Assembly: GCA_963696385.1 (NCBI GenBank)
Contig: CAVOKF010000007.1
Coordinates: 1,312,001 to 1,376,000 of the forward strand
Length of the DNA: 64,000 nt
Direction: 5' to 3'
DNA from: an uncultured delta proteobacterium
GTDB taxonomy: Bacteria; Myxococcota_A; Polyangia; Polyangiales; Polyangiaceae
Numbering within the stretch: the first letter of the stretch is position 1; the number at the start of each line of letters is the position of its first letter. A program made the position numbers and the translations under genes. Shown piece by piece: positions 31,124 through 40,934 of the stretch. Under the pieces are notes generated by a model. That model did no database searches. It was not told where the DNA came from and saw only the letters and a program-made list of their open reading frames with translations.

Positions 31124-31905
31124 GCGACGTCGTCGACGAGCTCCGGGCCATCGGCTTCTGCGCGTCGCGCGAGCAGCTCGAGGCACTGCTGTCGCACGCG
31201 ACCGCCAACCGCCTCTCGCACGTGCAGGTCGTCGAGCTGCTGGTCGAAATGGAGCGCCGGCAGCGTGAAGCACGCAATCTCGCCACCCGCACCAAGATGG
31301 CGACGGTGGGGGCGCACACGACGATGGACCGTTTCGACTGGAGCCATCCGCGCAAGATCGACCGCGCCCTATGCGAGAATGTCCTCGGCTTGGGCTTCGT
31401 GGAGCGCCGCGAGAACGTCCTTTTTCGCGGCCCAAGCGGTGTGGGTAAGACCATGCTTGCGCAGAACGTATGCCTCGCCGCGCTCAGCGCCGGCATGACC
31501 GTCTGCTTTACCCCGGTCGTTTCGGCGCTCGCCGATCTCTTGAAACAGGAGTCGCTGCCCGCCGTCGAGCGACGCATGAAGCGCTATACCAATGTCGATC
31601 TTCTCGTATGCGACGAACTTGGATATGTGCCCGTAGACAAGCGCGCCGTCGACCTCTTCTTCCAGATCATCAGCCGGCGCCATGAACGAGCCTCCACCAT
31701 CATCTCGACCAACTTGGCCTTCAAGGAATGGGGGGGCGTATTCCCCGGCGCCGCCTGCCTCGTCGCTCTCATCGATCGCTTCACCCAGCATCTGCACACC
31801 ATCGACATCGATGCCGACTCCTACCGGCAAAAGCCGGGCAACTCCCCACCGCCTCCGCAACCCAGGCCCCGCTCGCGAGGCGCCTCCGCCCGGAGGCGCG
31901 TGTGA
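31120..31905 (+). CDS. istB: IS21 helper AAA+ ATPase
   Basis: GPSGVGKT, LLVCDELGY, STNLAFKEW, IDR, DSYR. Confidence 0.95.
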   Translation: MSDVVDELRAIGFCASREQLEALLSHATANRLSHVQVVELLVEMERRQREARNLATRTKMATVGAHTTMDRFDWSHPRKIDRALCENVLGLGFVERRENVLFRGPSGVGKTMLAQNVCLAALSAGMTVCFTPVVSALADLLKQESLPAVERRMKRYTNVDLLVCDELGYVPVDKRAVDLFFQIISRRHERASTIISTNLAFKEWGGVFPGAACLVALIDRFTQHLHTIDIDADSYRQKPGNSPPPPQPRPRSRGASARRRV

Positions 31906-32195
31906 CGCCGCCGCGCCAGCGGCTCGTTGCGCCCTCCGAGTGGGACATCGTCTTGGCGCCCGAACTCGGTCCGCTCTTCGTGCTCGACGCTGCACTCATC
32001 GCGGCTCGCCGCTTTCTCGCCATCGGCCTCGACCCCTCCTCGTCGACACGCGGCGGCGCCAATCATCCCCCCACTCGCGACCTCCTCAATGCCATGCGCG
32101 CTTTACGCAGGCATATCCGCCAATATCGACTCGCCGAGCAGAACGTCGTCGACGGGCGTGACCACAACCACCACGACAAGCCCCTCCCTCGCTGA
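31902..32195 (+). CDS. IS21 accessory ORF downstream of istB
   Basis: GTGA coupling to istB; DIVLAPELGPLFVLDAAL, similar to 39773-40087. Confidence 0.65.
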   Translation: MTPPRQRLVAPSEWDIVLAPELGPLFVLDAALIAARRFLAIGLDPSSSTRGGANHPPTRDLLNAMRALRRHIRQYRLAEQNVVDGRDHNHHDKPLPR

Positions 32196-32410
32196 GCCAT
32201 TCTCGTCCGCTGCCCGGCGCCGCCTTCCTCAGGAGGTAGCGCCGGATCGGCGGCGCACTGCTTCCACGTCGCCTTTCCCGCGGATTTACGCGTCCGTCTA
32301 CAGGTGAGCGGGCAAGCAGCACTTCTTGAATTTTTTGCCGCTCTTGCAGGGGCAAGGGTCGTTACGTCCAATCGTAGCCACAAAGTTCATCATGGTCGGG
32401 TCATCGGGCG

Positions 32411-33007
32411 ATGTCTCGAGTCATGTGGAACAACGGGACATTCGACGCAAGTTTTTGGCAGCAGCTCACGAGGATCGATCTGGCGCAAGCCGAGCAGGTC
32501 CGCCAGCGAGGGTGCGGGGATTGCGGCGGTCCGCTGGACCGGTCCGACTATGCGCGAAAACCGCGGGGCGAACTCGGCCAGGCGGCTGGCGACGACACGC
32601 GTCGCGTGAGTTTTTGCTGCCGACGCGATGGGTGCCGGCATCGCGCGACGCCGCCGTCGGTGAGGTTTCTCGGCCGCAAGGTGTACGCCGGCGCGGTGGT
32701 GATCGTCGCGAGCATTGTGGGGCGCGTCGCTTGTGCGGGTCTTCGACAGCCCAAACGGGCCATCGAGGGGGTGCCCGCGCGGACGGTGAAGCGCTGGCTT
32801 GCGTGGTGGCAGACGGCGTTTGCTCTCGGGTCGTTTTGGCTGGAGGCGAAGAGCTTTTTCGCAACGCCCGTGGAAGTGACCGAGTTGCCTGCGTCCTTGT
32901 TGTCCCGCTTTGGCGATGCCGGGGCGGCGACCATGGAGAAGCTTTTGCGTTTCATCTCGCCGGTGACGACCGAGAGCGTACGAACGAGGATTTCGATGGC
33001 TGTATGA
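32411..33007 (+). CDS. Transposon-associated zinc-binding/HTH protein (DUF6431-like)
   Basis: [46 protein letters not shown]; precedes a DDE gene. Confidence 0.7.
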   Translation: MSRVMWNNGTFDASFWQQLTRIDLAQAEQVRQRGCGDCGGPLDRSDYARKPRGELGQAAGDDTRRVSFCCRRDGCRHRATPPSVRFLGRKVYAGAVVIVASIVGRVACAGLRQPKRAIEGVPARTVKRWLAWWQTAFALGSFWLEAKSFFATPVEVTELPASLLSRFGDAGAATMEKLLRFISPVTTESVRTRISMAV

Positions 33008-33101
33008 GTCCGCGCAGAAGATGGCATTGGCCAGCAAACGTGGGGATTTTCTAGAATCAGCCCTACCGACGCGCAGCACTTGCCAGGTCGGCACGGAAGC
33101 C

Positions 33102-33929
33102 ATGAAGAAGGACGAAAGCATCCCGGTGCGGATGCGATGGGCGCTTTTGCGCTTTTCGGTCATCGGCCCGCTATTGGCCAGTCCGCCCGAATCGGGAGAA
33201 CTGGCCTCGCAGCTCTACGAACTCGCCTCGCGCTCCTACGAGCACCCGACGACGGGCGAGCGGGTGCGCTTCGGGCGCTCGACCATCGAGCACTGGCTGT
33301 ACGCCGCGCGCAACGCCACGACCAATCCGGTGCAGGTGCTCGAACGCAAGCTCAACGCGCGGGCGGGCTCGCACCCGAGCATCGGCGCGCGCCTGGGCGA
33401 AGCGATTGCAGCTCAATACCGAGCCCACCCCCGCTGGAGTTATCTGTTGCACCGCGACAATCTTTGCGCGCAGGCCCGCGTAGAACCGACGCTCGGTGTC
33501 GTGCCATCGCGCGTGACGATCGCTCGGTACATGAAGTCGCACGGGCTGGTGCGCTCGCGGTCCAAGAAGAACGCATCGCAGATCGCGCGCGGCTTGGAGG
33601 TGCGAGAGACGCGCTCGTACGAGGTGACGCACGTGGGCAGCTTGTTTCACCTCGACTTCCACGCGGGCAGCCGCCGAGTTCTCGAGCCCGACGGACAGCG
33701 CGTCGAAGTCCGTCTCTGCGGAGTGCTCGACGACTACTCGAGAGTGGGGTGTCATCTGCAATGGTATCGGGGTGCCGGGGAGACCGCCGAGGCGGTGACG
33801 CATGGTCTGTCACAGGCCTTTCAAAAGCGAGGACTGTCTCGTGCCGTGATGAGCGACAACGGCAGCGCGATGTTGTCGGACGAGATGGTCCAAGGCCTCT
33901 GTCGCTTAGGCGTGAACCATCACACCACT
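33102..33929 (+). pseudogene. DDE integrase-type transposase (IS481/Mu-like), truncated before the catalytic Glu
   Basis: RFSVIGPLL, RSYEV.HVGSLFHLDF, LDDYSR, SDNGSAM; stops at an IS5 remnant. Confidence 0.85.
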
Positions 33930-34096
33930 CCGGCTTGGCCGGCAGCAATGGCTGCATGACTGCCCAAAGCTCGTCGGGCATCCGCCAGATATCGGACGGA
34001 CGCCACGTGACCCCTGCCTCCTGCGCTGCCTGCATGCACCCGCCGGTGCCCGAACTCGACCGAAAGGGCCAACTTTCCGACTTTCGAGACCGGCTC
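33930..34096 (-). mobile_element. IS5-family left-end remnant
   Basis: End GAGCCGGTCTCGAAAG next to TAA; encodes WRMPDELWAVMQPLLP. Confidence 0.7.
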
Positions 34097-34310
34097 TAAG
34101 CCATCCGCGATCAACGTCAGCTCACGGAAGACGACGTTCGCGCCCTTCATCGCGTTCACCCCGGCGCGCCACTGCGGCCTTCGCTGCCCTCGCCCGCACT
34201 CCCTTGATCGCGGGCTTCGCGGCAACATCTGACTCGCCGGGAGTGCGGCGGCGTCAACGGGCACCTCGAGCGCCGCGCGAGTCGACAGGTGGCTGGAGCC
34301 CGGTCGTCCC

Positions 34311-34691
34311 TCACGCGAGTTCGAGGATCGCAGCGTCGCGCGTCACGAGAACGGCTTCGCTCGCGAGCGCCGTGGCGATGATCAAGCGATCGGCCGGATC
34401 GCCGTGGCACCTGAGTCCCGCTGCGATAATGGCGATTTCAGGGGTGATCGCCGCGAGATCCCCCGAAACCGTCGCGAGCGCGGCGTCGAACCAGCGTTCG
34501 AGGCGTTCGCCGAGCTTCAGCCGCCCGTCCTGAGCCAAGCGGGCGATCTCCCAGAGCGAGATCGCCGGAATGAGGACGCCGCGCTCTGCCCCCGCAGCGC
34601 GTTCGATCGTCCTGCGTGCACGTTTGGACAGCGAGGCACCTGCCACGAACTCCACCCACACGTGCGAATCGAGGACAAGCACGCTACTCAA
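34311..34691 (-). CDS. vapC: VapC PIN-domain toxin
   Basis: VLDSHVWV, ISLWEI, HGDPADRLIIATA, LVTRD. Confidence 0.92.
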   Translation of the reverse strand: MSSVLVLDSHVWVEFVAGASLSKRARRTIERAAGAERGVLIPAISLWEIARLAQDGRLKLGERLERWFDAALATVSGDLAAITPEIAIIAAGLRCHGDPADRLIIATALASEAVLVTRDAAILELA

Positions 34692-34920
34692 CGGACCAGC
34701 CGTCGCCGGCCGACAGGAGGTCGTCCGACGTATCAACGATCGTTGTTACGCTCCGAAGCGCCCCGAAGCGGGAGGCCGGCGGCTCACCGACGGGTACGAT
34801 GCGGGCTACGGGTTTACCGCGCTTGGTGACGAGGACCTCCGTTCGCGCTGACGCGACCGTATCGAGCACCTGAAGGCATTCCGCGCGAAATTTCGCGGCC
34901 GTCATGGTCCGTTTCGACAT
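34684..34920 (-). CDS. Phd/YefM-family antitoxin
   Basis: AAKFRAECLQVLD, VLVTKRGKPVARIVP. Confidence 0.92.
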   Translation of the reverse strand: MSKRTMTAAKFRAECLQVLDTVASARTEVLVTKRGKPVARIVPVGEPPASRFGALRSVTTIVDTSDDLLSAGDGWSVE

Positions 34921-35146
34921 GTGTACACATTATCATGCGCACGGCGAGCACGCCCATGAGGGCCGCCCCTCTGCCGGTGCGGGCCGAGCGAGTTCGTCGT
35001 CACGGGCAAAGCTCCTCGCCGGAGGAAAAAGCCTCACCACGCTGACCTACGCCGCTTCGCATGTCCAGCACACACCGCCCATCGCCGCGTAGCCCGCATG
35101 CGGCATGAGGGCTGACGCAACGCCCCGGTCGTGCTTGGTTGCACCC

Positions 35147-35602
35147 ATGCTGCCGCTCGAAGGAACCCTGCTCGAGAAGTTGCGCAAGATCGAGGCCCTG
35201 CACGCCGGCACAACGGTCGATGGCGAACGAGAAGCCGCGCGGCGGGCCGCCGAGCGCATTCGCGCCCGTCTCGCCGAGCTCCGGGGTAGCGAACAGGACA
35301 CGGAGCTGCTTTACAGCCTTCCCAATCCGTGGAAGCGCAAGCTGTTCCTCGCCCTCTGTCGTCGCTATGGGCTCAAGCCCTTTCGCCAGCCGGGTCGGCG
35401 CTACAGCACGGTGCAGCTGCGCGCGCCCAAGGCGTTCCAGGAGCAGACCTTATGGCCGGAGTTTCTCGCGCTGTCCGAAGAGCTCCATGCCCATCTCGAC
35501 GAGCTCACGACACGCGTCATCCGCGAGGCGATCGATGAGGACATCAGCGAACCGACCGACCAGGCTCCGCCCAAGGCATTGCCTGCCCCAGAAGCCGGTT
35601 GA
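35147..35602 (+). CDS. Hypothetical protein
   Basis: LLEKLRKIEALHAG...EREAA; W.RKLFLALCRRYGLKPFR; good coding character. Confidence 0.7.
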   Translation: MLPLEGTLLEKLRKIEALHAGTTVDGEREAARRAAERIRARLAELRGSEQDTELLYSLPNPWKRKLFLALCRRYGLKPFRQPGRRYSTVQLRAPKAFQEQTLWPEFLALSEELHAHLDELTTRVIREAIDEDISEPTDQAPPKALPAPEAG

Positions 35603-35875
35603 CGAGCGCCGCGTCGCGCCCTCGTCTGCCTCATACAGACAAGGGCCGAGCTGCACGCAGGACTTCTGCATCACCGTGCGAGAGCAGGACGAAGTGCCGG
35701 ACTTCGCATGCCTCGGGCCGAACGAGCGAAGGGCGGCGGTCGAGCGTCTTCGGAACGAAATCCTGGCGACGTGCCCGGCGGAGAAGCGCGATCGCAAGCT
35801 CGGGATCGGCGAACGGGACACGAATCGGCGAGGCGCCCAGGCAGCCGGCTTGCGCGTACACCATACAGGTGTACA

Positions 35876-36163
35876 ATGATCCGAGTGATCAAGCGGGTCC
35901 TTCTGTCCAAGAAGGCAGAGAAAGACCTGGCGACGGTCCCGGTACACGTAGCGTTGAAACTTCAGAACTGGGTGGAGGATGTGGAAGAACGAGGCGTCGA
36001 GGCCGTGCGCAAGATCCATGGCTACCACGACGAGCCGCTCAAGGGAGCCCTGAAGGGGCAGCGCTCGATTCGGCTGAGCAAGGGATATCGCGCCTATTAC
36101 CGGGTCGTGAAAGACGCGGTCGAGTTCCTACGCGTTGAAGGAGTCGACAAGCATGCCTACTAA
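35876..36163 (+). CDS. HigB/RelE-family mRNA interferase toxin
   Basis: GYHDEPLKGALKGQRSIRLSKGYRAYY; toxin-first gene order. Confidence 0.88.
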   Translation: MIRVIKRVLLSKKAEKDLATVPVHVALKLQNWVEDVEERGVEAVRKIHGYHDEPLKGALKGQRSIRLSKGYRAYYRVVKDAVEFLRVEGVDKHAY

Positions 36164-36464
36164 GAAGAGTAACGCTCGACGATTTCTCGAAAATCTGACG
36201 GGCGGCCCCGTGACTTTGGGCCGCTTCCTCGAGGCGGTGCGGCTCGGCGAGGAGCTGACGCAGGCCGCGTTCGCGGACAAGCTCGGTCTTTCGAGGTCGC
36301 ATCTCAACGACATCGAGAAGGGCCGCAAGGCGGTTAGCCCGGAGCGCGCAGTCCGGTTCGCCGAGATCCTCGGTTACTCCGAGGCCCGCTTCGTCCAGCT
36401 TGCTCTCCAAGACCTGATCAACCGTGGGGGCCTGAAATTCCAGGTCGACGTGAAGGCCGCGTAA
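36153..36464 (+). CDS. HigA-like XRE HTH antitoxin
   Basis: LTQAAFADKLGLSRSHLNDIEKGRK; overlaps the toxin stop. Confidence 0.88.
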   Translation: MPTKKSNARRFLENLTGGPVTLGRFLEAVRLGEELTQAAFADKLGLSRSHLNDIEKGRKAVSPERAVRFAEILGYSEARFVQLALQDLINRGGLKFQVDVKAA

Positions 36465-36598
36465 ACCACCTTGGCCGGGTGAAATGATCGCGGGGGAAAC
36501 GAGCATCACCGGCTGGACCGAGCCGAGTCCAGGTCCCGTCTTGGCTACTTCGCCGATCGGCCGAAAATGCGCTAGGGACAGCGCTATGTTCGCGCACG

Positions 36599-37132
36599 AT
36601 GTTCGCCATCGTGACCGTTCTCGCCGCCGCAGTGGTCGACCTGTTTCGCTCGCGACGGTCGTTGCTCACCGAAATCGCCTTGCTCCGACACCAACTCACC
36701 GTGCTGCACCGGTCGGTCGCCCGACCGCGCGTGACGCGGCTCGACCGGATCGTGCTGGTGGCACTCGCCGCCATCACGCCGACGTGGAGGAACGTGCTGC
36801 GAGTGGTCCAACCCGAGACGCTTCTTCGCTGGCACCGCGCGGGCTTCAAGGCTCTGTGGCGCTGGCGCAGTCGGCCCGGGTGCACGTTGCGCATCGCGGC
36901 CGAGACCGTGGCGCTGATCCGCACGATGGCGCGCGAAAACGCGCTGTGGGGGGGCCGAGCGGATTCGCGGAGAATTGCTCAAGCTCGGAATCAAAGCCAG
37001 CAAGCGCACGGTTCAGAAGTACATGCGCGCTGCGCGAACACATCCGCCTGGAGGGCAGCGCTGGTCCACGTTTCTGCGAAACCATGCCTGCAACGTCTGG
37101 GCTTGCGATTTCTTGCAAGCCTACGACTTGTT
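36599..37132 (+). pseudogene. Integrase-core-type transposase fragment (homolog of 21467-21918), cut by IS21 B
   Basis: VQPETLLRWHR, frameshift in a G-run at ~36948-36954, WSTFLRNH..WACDFL. Confidence 0.8.
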
Positions 37133-37360
37133 CTTCAGCGGCGCCCTCGTCGTGATCCACCGCACGGCGGGATCGTGATCCACGGCACGGCCTGAAGGGG
37201 CGGCCGCGGGCGGCGGGATCGTGATCCAGGGGGGCGCCGTGGAATGCGCGATCGAGGGCGTCTCGCCGGACGCTGGCGTCGATGTCCAGGCGTCGATGCA
37301 GCGAGTGCTGGGCGGCCTGATGAAAACGATCACCGCCGTGACCGAGAGAGCGAGCAGCGC

Positions 37361-38935
37361 ATGACGGTGCACTGGCGCTCTCGCGAGGAATTGATCCACC
37401 AGGTCGTCGTGTTGACGGCCCAGGGGATGAGCCGGCGCGCCATCACGCGGGCGCTGGGGGTCAGTCGGAACACGATCAAGAAGATCCTTCGGACCCACGG
37501 TCGCGAGCGCGACGACGGGCACGCCGCGCTGGCCGCTGCGCCCGTGCGCGCGCCGCGTTCCCGCAAGATCGACGCCTACCAGGGTCGCGTGAGCGAGTTG
37601 CTCGCGCGCTACCCGGACATCACCGCGCAGCGCGTGCTGGAGATCCTCAAGGACGAGGGATTCCAAGGCGGCTACACCGCCGTCAAGAAGCAGATGCGGC
37701 GCGTGCGGCCAGCGGCCAAGCCGACGCCGAGCCTCGAAGCTCCGGTGTTCGGACCGGGTGAGATGGCCGAAAACGATTGGTCGCCCTACACGCTCACGTA
37801 CACGACCGGCCTCTCCGAGACTGTGCAGCTGTTCTCGTATGTCCTGGTCTATTCGAAGCGCAAGTCCTTCGACGTCTTCGGCTCGCCGGACTTGTTCGCG
37901 CTCATGGACGGCCACGAGCGCGCCTTCGCGCGCTTCGGCGGCTGCGCCGCGGGCTGCAAGTACGACAGCCAAAAGCCCGTCGTGCTCCGGTGGGAAGGCC
38001 ACCAGCCCATCTACAATCCTCGGTATCTCGCCTTTGCCGCGCACTACGGCATTCAGCCCGCCGCCGTGCGAGGAAAACCCAACGCCAAGCCGCGCGTCGA
38101 ACGCAGCTTCTGGGAGCACGAGCGATCGTTTCTCAACGGCCGCTCATTTCGCGATCGCGACGACTTCGCCGCGCAGCTCGCCGACTGGCTCGTTCGCGTC
38201 GTCGACCCGCGCAAGCGTCACGGGCTGTCCGCCCTCGATCGGTTTCGCGACGAGGCGCCTCACCTGCGGCCGCTGCCCAAGCATCCGTACGACACCGCCC
38301 GGGTCACGTATCGACTCTGCAGCATCGACGGGTACGTCGAATGGCTCGGTAACCGCTACGCCGTGCCGTACGACCATGTGACCGACTTCCTGCCGCTGCG
38401 CATCACGCAGACGGAGCTGTTCGTCTACGGGCCGAATCTCGCTTGCCTGGCGCGCTATGAGCTGCGACCGCGCGGACGCGGCGACAAGATCGACCCGCTC
38501 GGGCTGCATCCTCGCCCAGAGAGCCGGTCGCCCATCGACGTCGACAAGCTGCGCGCCACCTTCGAGCAGATGGGCGACGGGGCCGCCGCGTTCCTGCTCC
38601 AGCTCTCGGGCGCCCACGTGACCCGTGTCTGGACCCACCACGCCCGGCAGATCCTGCTCTTGCGTGCCCGCTACGACAGCGCCGACGTCGACGCCGCCCT
38701 CGCGCACGCCGTTCGGTTCGGCGCGCTCGACGCGGCCTCGGTCGAGCGCATCCTCGCCCGACGCGCTCCGCCCCGGACCCTCGACGAGTACGTCGCCGAA
38801 GACACCGCCAAGCGCATCGATGACGCGCTCGGTCCCGTCGTCACACGCCCCCGCGATCTGGCCGAGTACGACGCTCTGCCGCTCGCCACCCGCCGCCCCG
38901 TGGAGACCGCCGATGGCCAAGACCAAAACGGATAA
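37361..38935 (+). CDS. istA: IS21 transposase
   Basis: HTH (SRRAITRALGVSRNTI), PGEMAENDWS, YDSQK, KPRVER. Confidence 0.93.
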   Translation: MTVHWRSREELIHQVVVLTAQGMSRRAITRALGVSRNTIKKILRTHGRERDDGHAALAAAPVRAPRSRKIDAYQGRVSELLARYPDITAQRVLEILKDEGFQGGYTAVKKQMRRVRPAAKPTPSLEAPVFGPGEMAENDWSPYTLTYTTGLSETVQLFSYVLVYSKRKSFDVFGSPDLFALMDGHERAFARFGGCAAGCKYDSQKPVVLRWEGHQPIYNPRYLAFAAHYGIQPAAVRGKPNAKPRVERSFWEHERSFLNGRSFRDRDDFAAQLADWLVRVVDPRKRHGLSALDRFRDEAPHLRPLPKHPYDTARVTYRLCSIDGYVEWLGNRYAVPYDHVTDFLPLRITQTELFVYGPNLACLARYELRPRGRGDKIDPLGLHPRPESRSPIDVDKLRATFEQMGDGAAAFLLQLSGAHVTRVWTHHARQILLLRARYDSADVDAALAHAVRFGALDAASVERILARRAPPRTLDEYVAEDTAKRIDDALGPVVTRPRDLAEYDALPLATRRPVETADGQDQNG

Positions 38936-39776
38936 ACCAGACTCCAATGACCGGGTGACCGGCCCGGCCTCTGACGAGGCCGTCGTGGTGATCGATCGCC
39001 TGCGCCGGCACCTCGGCTACTTGGGCCTCTCCCATACGCTCTCCACGCTCGACGACTGGCTCGCGTGGGCCACCCGCGAGCGACCCGGACACACCGCCCT
39101 GCTCGAGCACGTCCTGGCCGCTGAGGTCAATCACAAGTCGGCCGCGCGCCTCGACCGGCGTATCCGGGTCAGCGGCCTGGTCGAGCGAAAGACACTCGAG
39201 GCCTTCGACTGGGACTTCCAACCCTCGATCGACAAGAGCCTCGTGCTGGAGCTCGCCCGCCTCGACTTCGTCGGGCGCCACGACGACCTGGTCATCACGG
39301 GAAAGAGCGGCACCGGCAAGAGTCACATCCTCAAGGCCCTCTCCCTGCGCGCCTGCGTGCAGGGCATCTCCCTGCGCTACGCGCGGTGCGTCGACCTGCT
39401 CGCCGACCTGCACGCCGGCCTCGCCGACGGCACCTACCCCCGACGCCTGAAGGCCTGGGCACGACCCGACCTGCTCGTCATCGACGACGTCGGCCTGGGG
39501 CAGGTGCGCCAGCGCGACGACGAGCCCACCGCCGCCCATACTCTCTTCAACCTCGTCGATCGCAGGCACGGCAAGCTCTCGACCGCGGTCACCTCCAATA
39601 TCGATTTGCGCCAGTGGGGACGCTACCTGGGAGACGCGACCGTCGCCGCCGCCATTCTCGATCGGCTCGCCATGCATGCCATTCGTATCGACATCGACGG
39701 ACCGAGCTACCGCCAGCACGTCGCTGCCGAGCGTGCCGGCAAGCCGGTCGCACCCACTCGGGCGACGGCGCCGTGA
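38913..39776 (+). CDS. istB: IS21 helper AAA+ ATPase
   Basis: FDWDFQP, GKSGTGKSH, LLVIDDVG, TSN, AILDRL, GPSYR. Confidence 0.95.
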   Translation: MAKTKTDKPDSNDRVTGPASDEAVVVIDRLRRHLGYLGLSHTLSTLDDWLAWATRERPGHTALLEHVLAAEVNHKSAARLDRRIRVSGLVERKTLEAFDWDFQPSIDKSLVLELARLDFVGRHDDLVITGKSGTGKSHILKALSLRACVQGISLRYARCVDLLADLHAGLADGTYPRRLKAWARPDLLVIDDVGLGQVRQRDDEPTAAHTLFNLVDRRHGKLSTAVTSNIDLRQWGRYLGDATVAAAILDRLAMHAIRIDIDGPSYRQHVAAERAGKPVAPTRATAP

Positions 39777-40087
39777 GGCGCCCGCGCCGCGTTCCACCCG
39801 CTCCGCCTCCGCCCCGCGTCCCGGACCTCGTCGTCGCGCCGGAGCTCGCCTCCATCATTCTGCTCGAACACGCGCTCGACGTCGCTGCCGACGCGCTCTT
39901 GGCCGAGCACCAGACGCTCATCGACGACTTCCATAGGCCACGCGACCAAGGCCCTGTCGTCTTCCTCGCCCACACGATCTGCATCAGAGCCGCCACCTTG
40001 CGCCAGACGCTCTGGCGTTACCGCCACGCCGTCCGCGAAGCAGCTATGCCACCCGCGCACGATCCCACCGACGACAACACCTTCTGA
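39773..40087 (+). CDS. IS21 accessory ORF downstream of istB
   Basis: GTGA coupling; DLVVAPELASIILLEHAL; frame retained in the diverged copy at 63800-64000. Confidence 0.7.
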   Translation: MRRPRRVPPAPPPPRVPDLVVAPELASIILLEHALDVAADALLAEHQTLIDDFHRPRDQGPVVFLAHTICIRAATLRQTLWRYRHAVREAAMPPAHDPTDDNTF

Positions 40088-40934
40088 TAGCCGGACTCCC
40101 GCACTGAGCCGCCGGCCCGAGCGCTCGCGAGTCCTACCGGCGTCTTGGAGGGGTCCCCCTTCGCCCGGCCGAGCATCTCGGGTGCGAGCCACCGGCCCTG
40201 ACGCGCGCCCTTTCCGATAGCAAGGGGTGGGTCACGATCCCGCCGCCGCTGACACCCCGATCCCCGCGACGGGTGGATCACTTCGGTGACCCGAAGTGGA
40301 TCACTCCAAAGGCGCCGCTGAAGGCTCAAGGCACCGTTCGGTACGCGATGGCCGCCGCCACCAAGACGCCAAAGCCTGCAAGCCACACGGCCACCCGGCT
40401 GAAGCCCACCGGCGCCGACGCCCGCCGCGGACGACGCCGATCGCCGGCACAGGACGCAGAAACCATCGGGCCCGCACGCGAGATCGTGCCACGCGCAGCG
40501 CGCGGGTCGATGACGCAGCGATCCGGAGCCCCCACCATGGATTAACCCATGCATCTCACCCGCGCCGTCGCCTCTCTGTCAAAACGCGCGAGACCGCGCT
40601 TTTTCCGAAGGTTTCCGCACAGTGAACAGACGCTCCAAGAGATCGCTCCGGCCTGGCCTGGAGCAAGGGACGCGGAGCGCGCGCAAAAGCCGTGTTTTGC
40701 CTCCACGGGGTGAACTGCGCGGGCGTGACGAAACGTGCGAGGCGGACCCAGGCGCGGACCTTGATAGCAGGCGGAGCAGGTGCGGGAAATAAGTTGCTGC
40801 GGCCGCGCCCGGTCAGGGAAATCTCCCGCTCGCTGTCACCAACTCCGCCGGCCATCGGATTCGGACACGGTACCGTTCCAGCTTCGGGCGGTGTCGTCGA
40901 TGCTCTGCGCTGTCGTCTTCCGATCGCCGGGTCG

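Larger units (their letters stand above)
28540..32302 (+). mobile_element. Extended IS21-family element A (five ORFs)
   Basis: IRs TGTAGAGCGACGCGAAGAACCGC / TGTAGACGGACGCGTAAATCCGC; 6-bp TSD GGTGAG at 28534-28539 and 32303-32308. Confidence 0.93.
37133..40323 (+). mobile_element. IS21-family element B (istA-istB-accessory ORF)
   Basis: Both ends read CTTCAGCGGCGCC followed by multiple GTGATCCAC repeats; no TSD seen. Confidence 0.85.

Noticed and set aside
27863..31435. 1190-aa minus-strand ORF
   Set aside because: Antisense shadow of the IS21 genes in GC-rich DNA; it crosses the element boundary and has no motifs.
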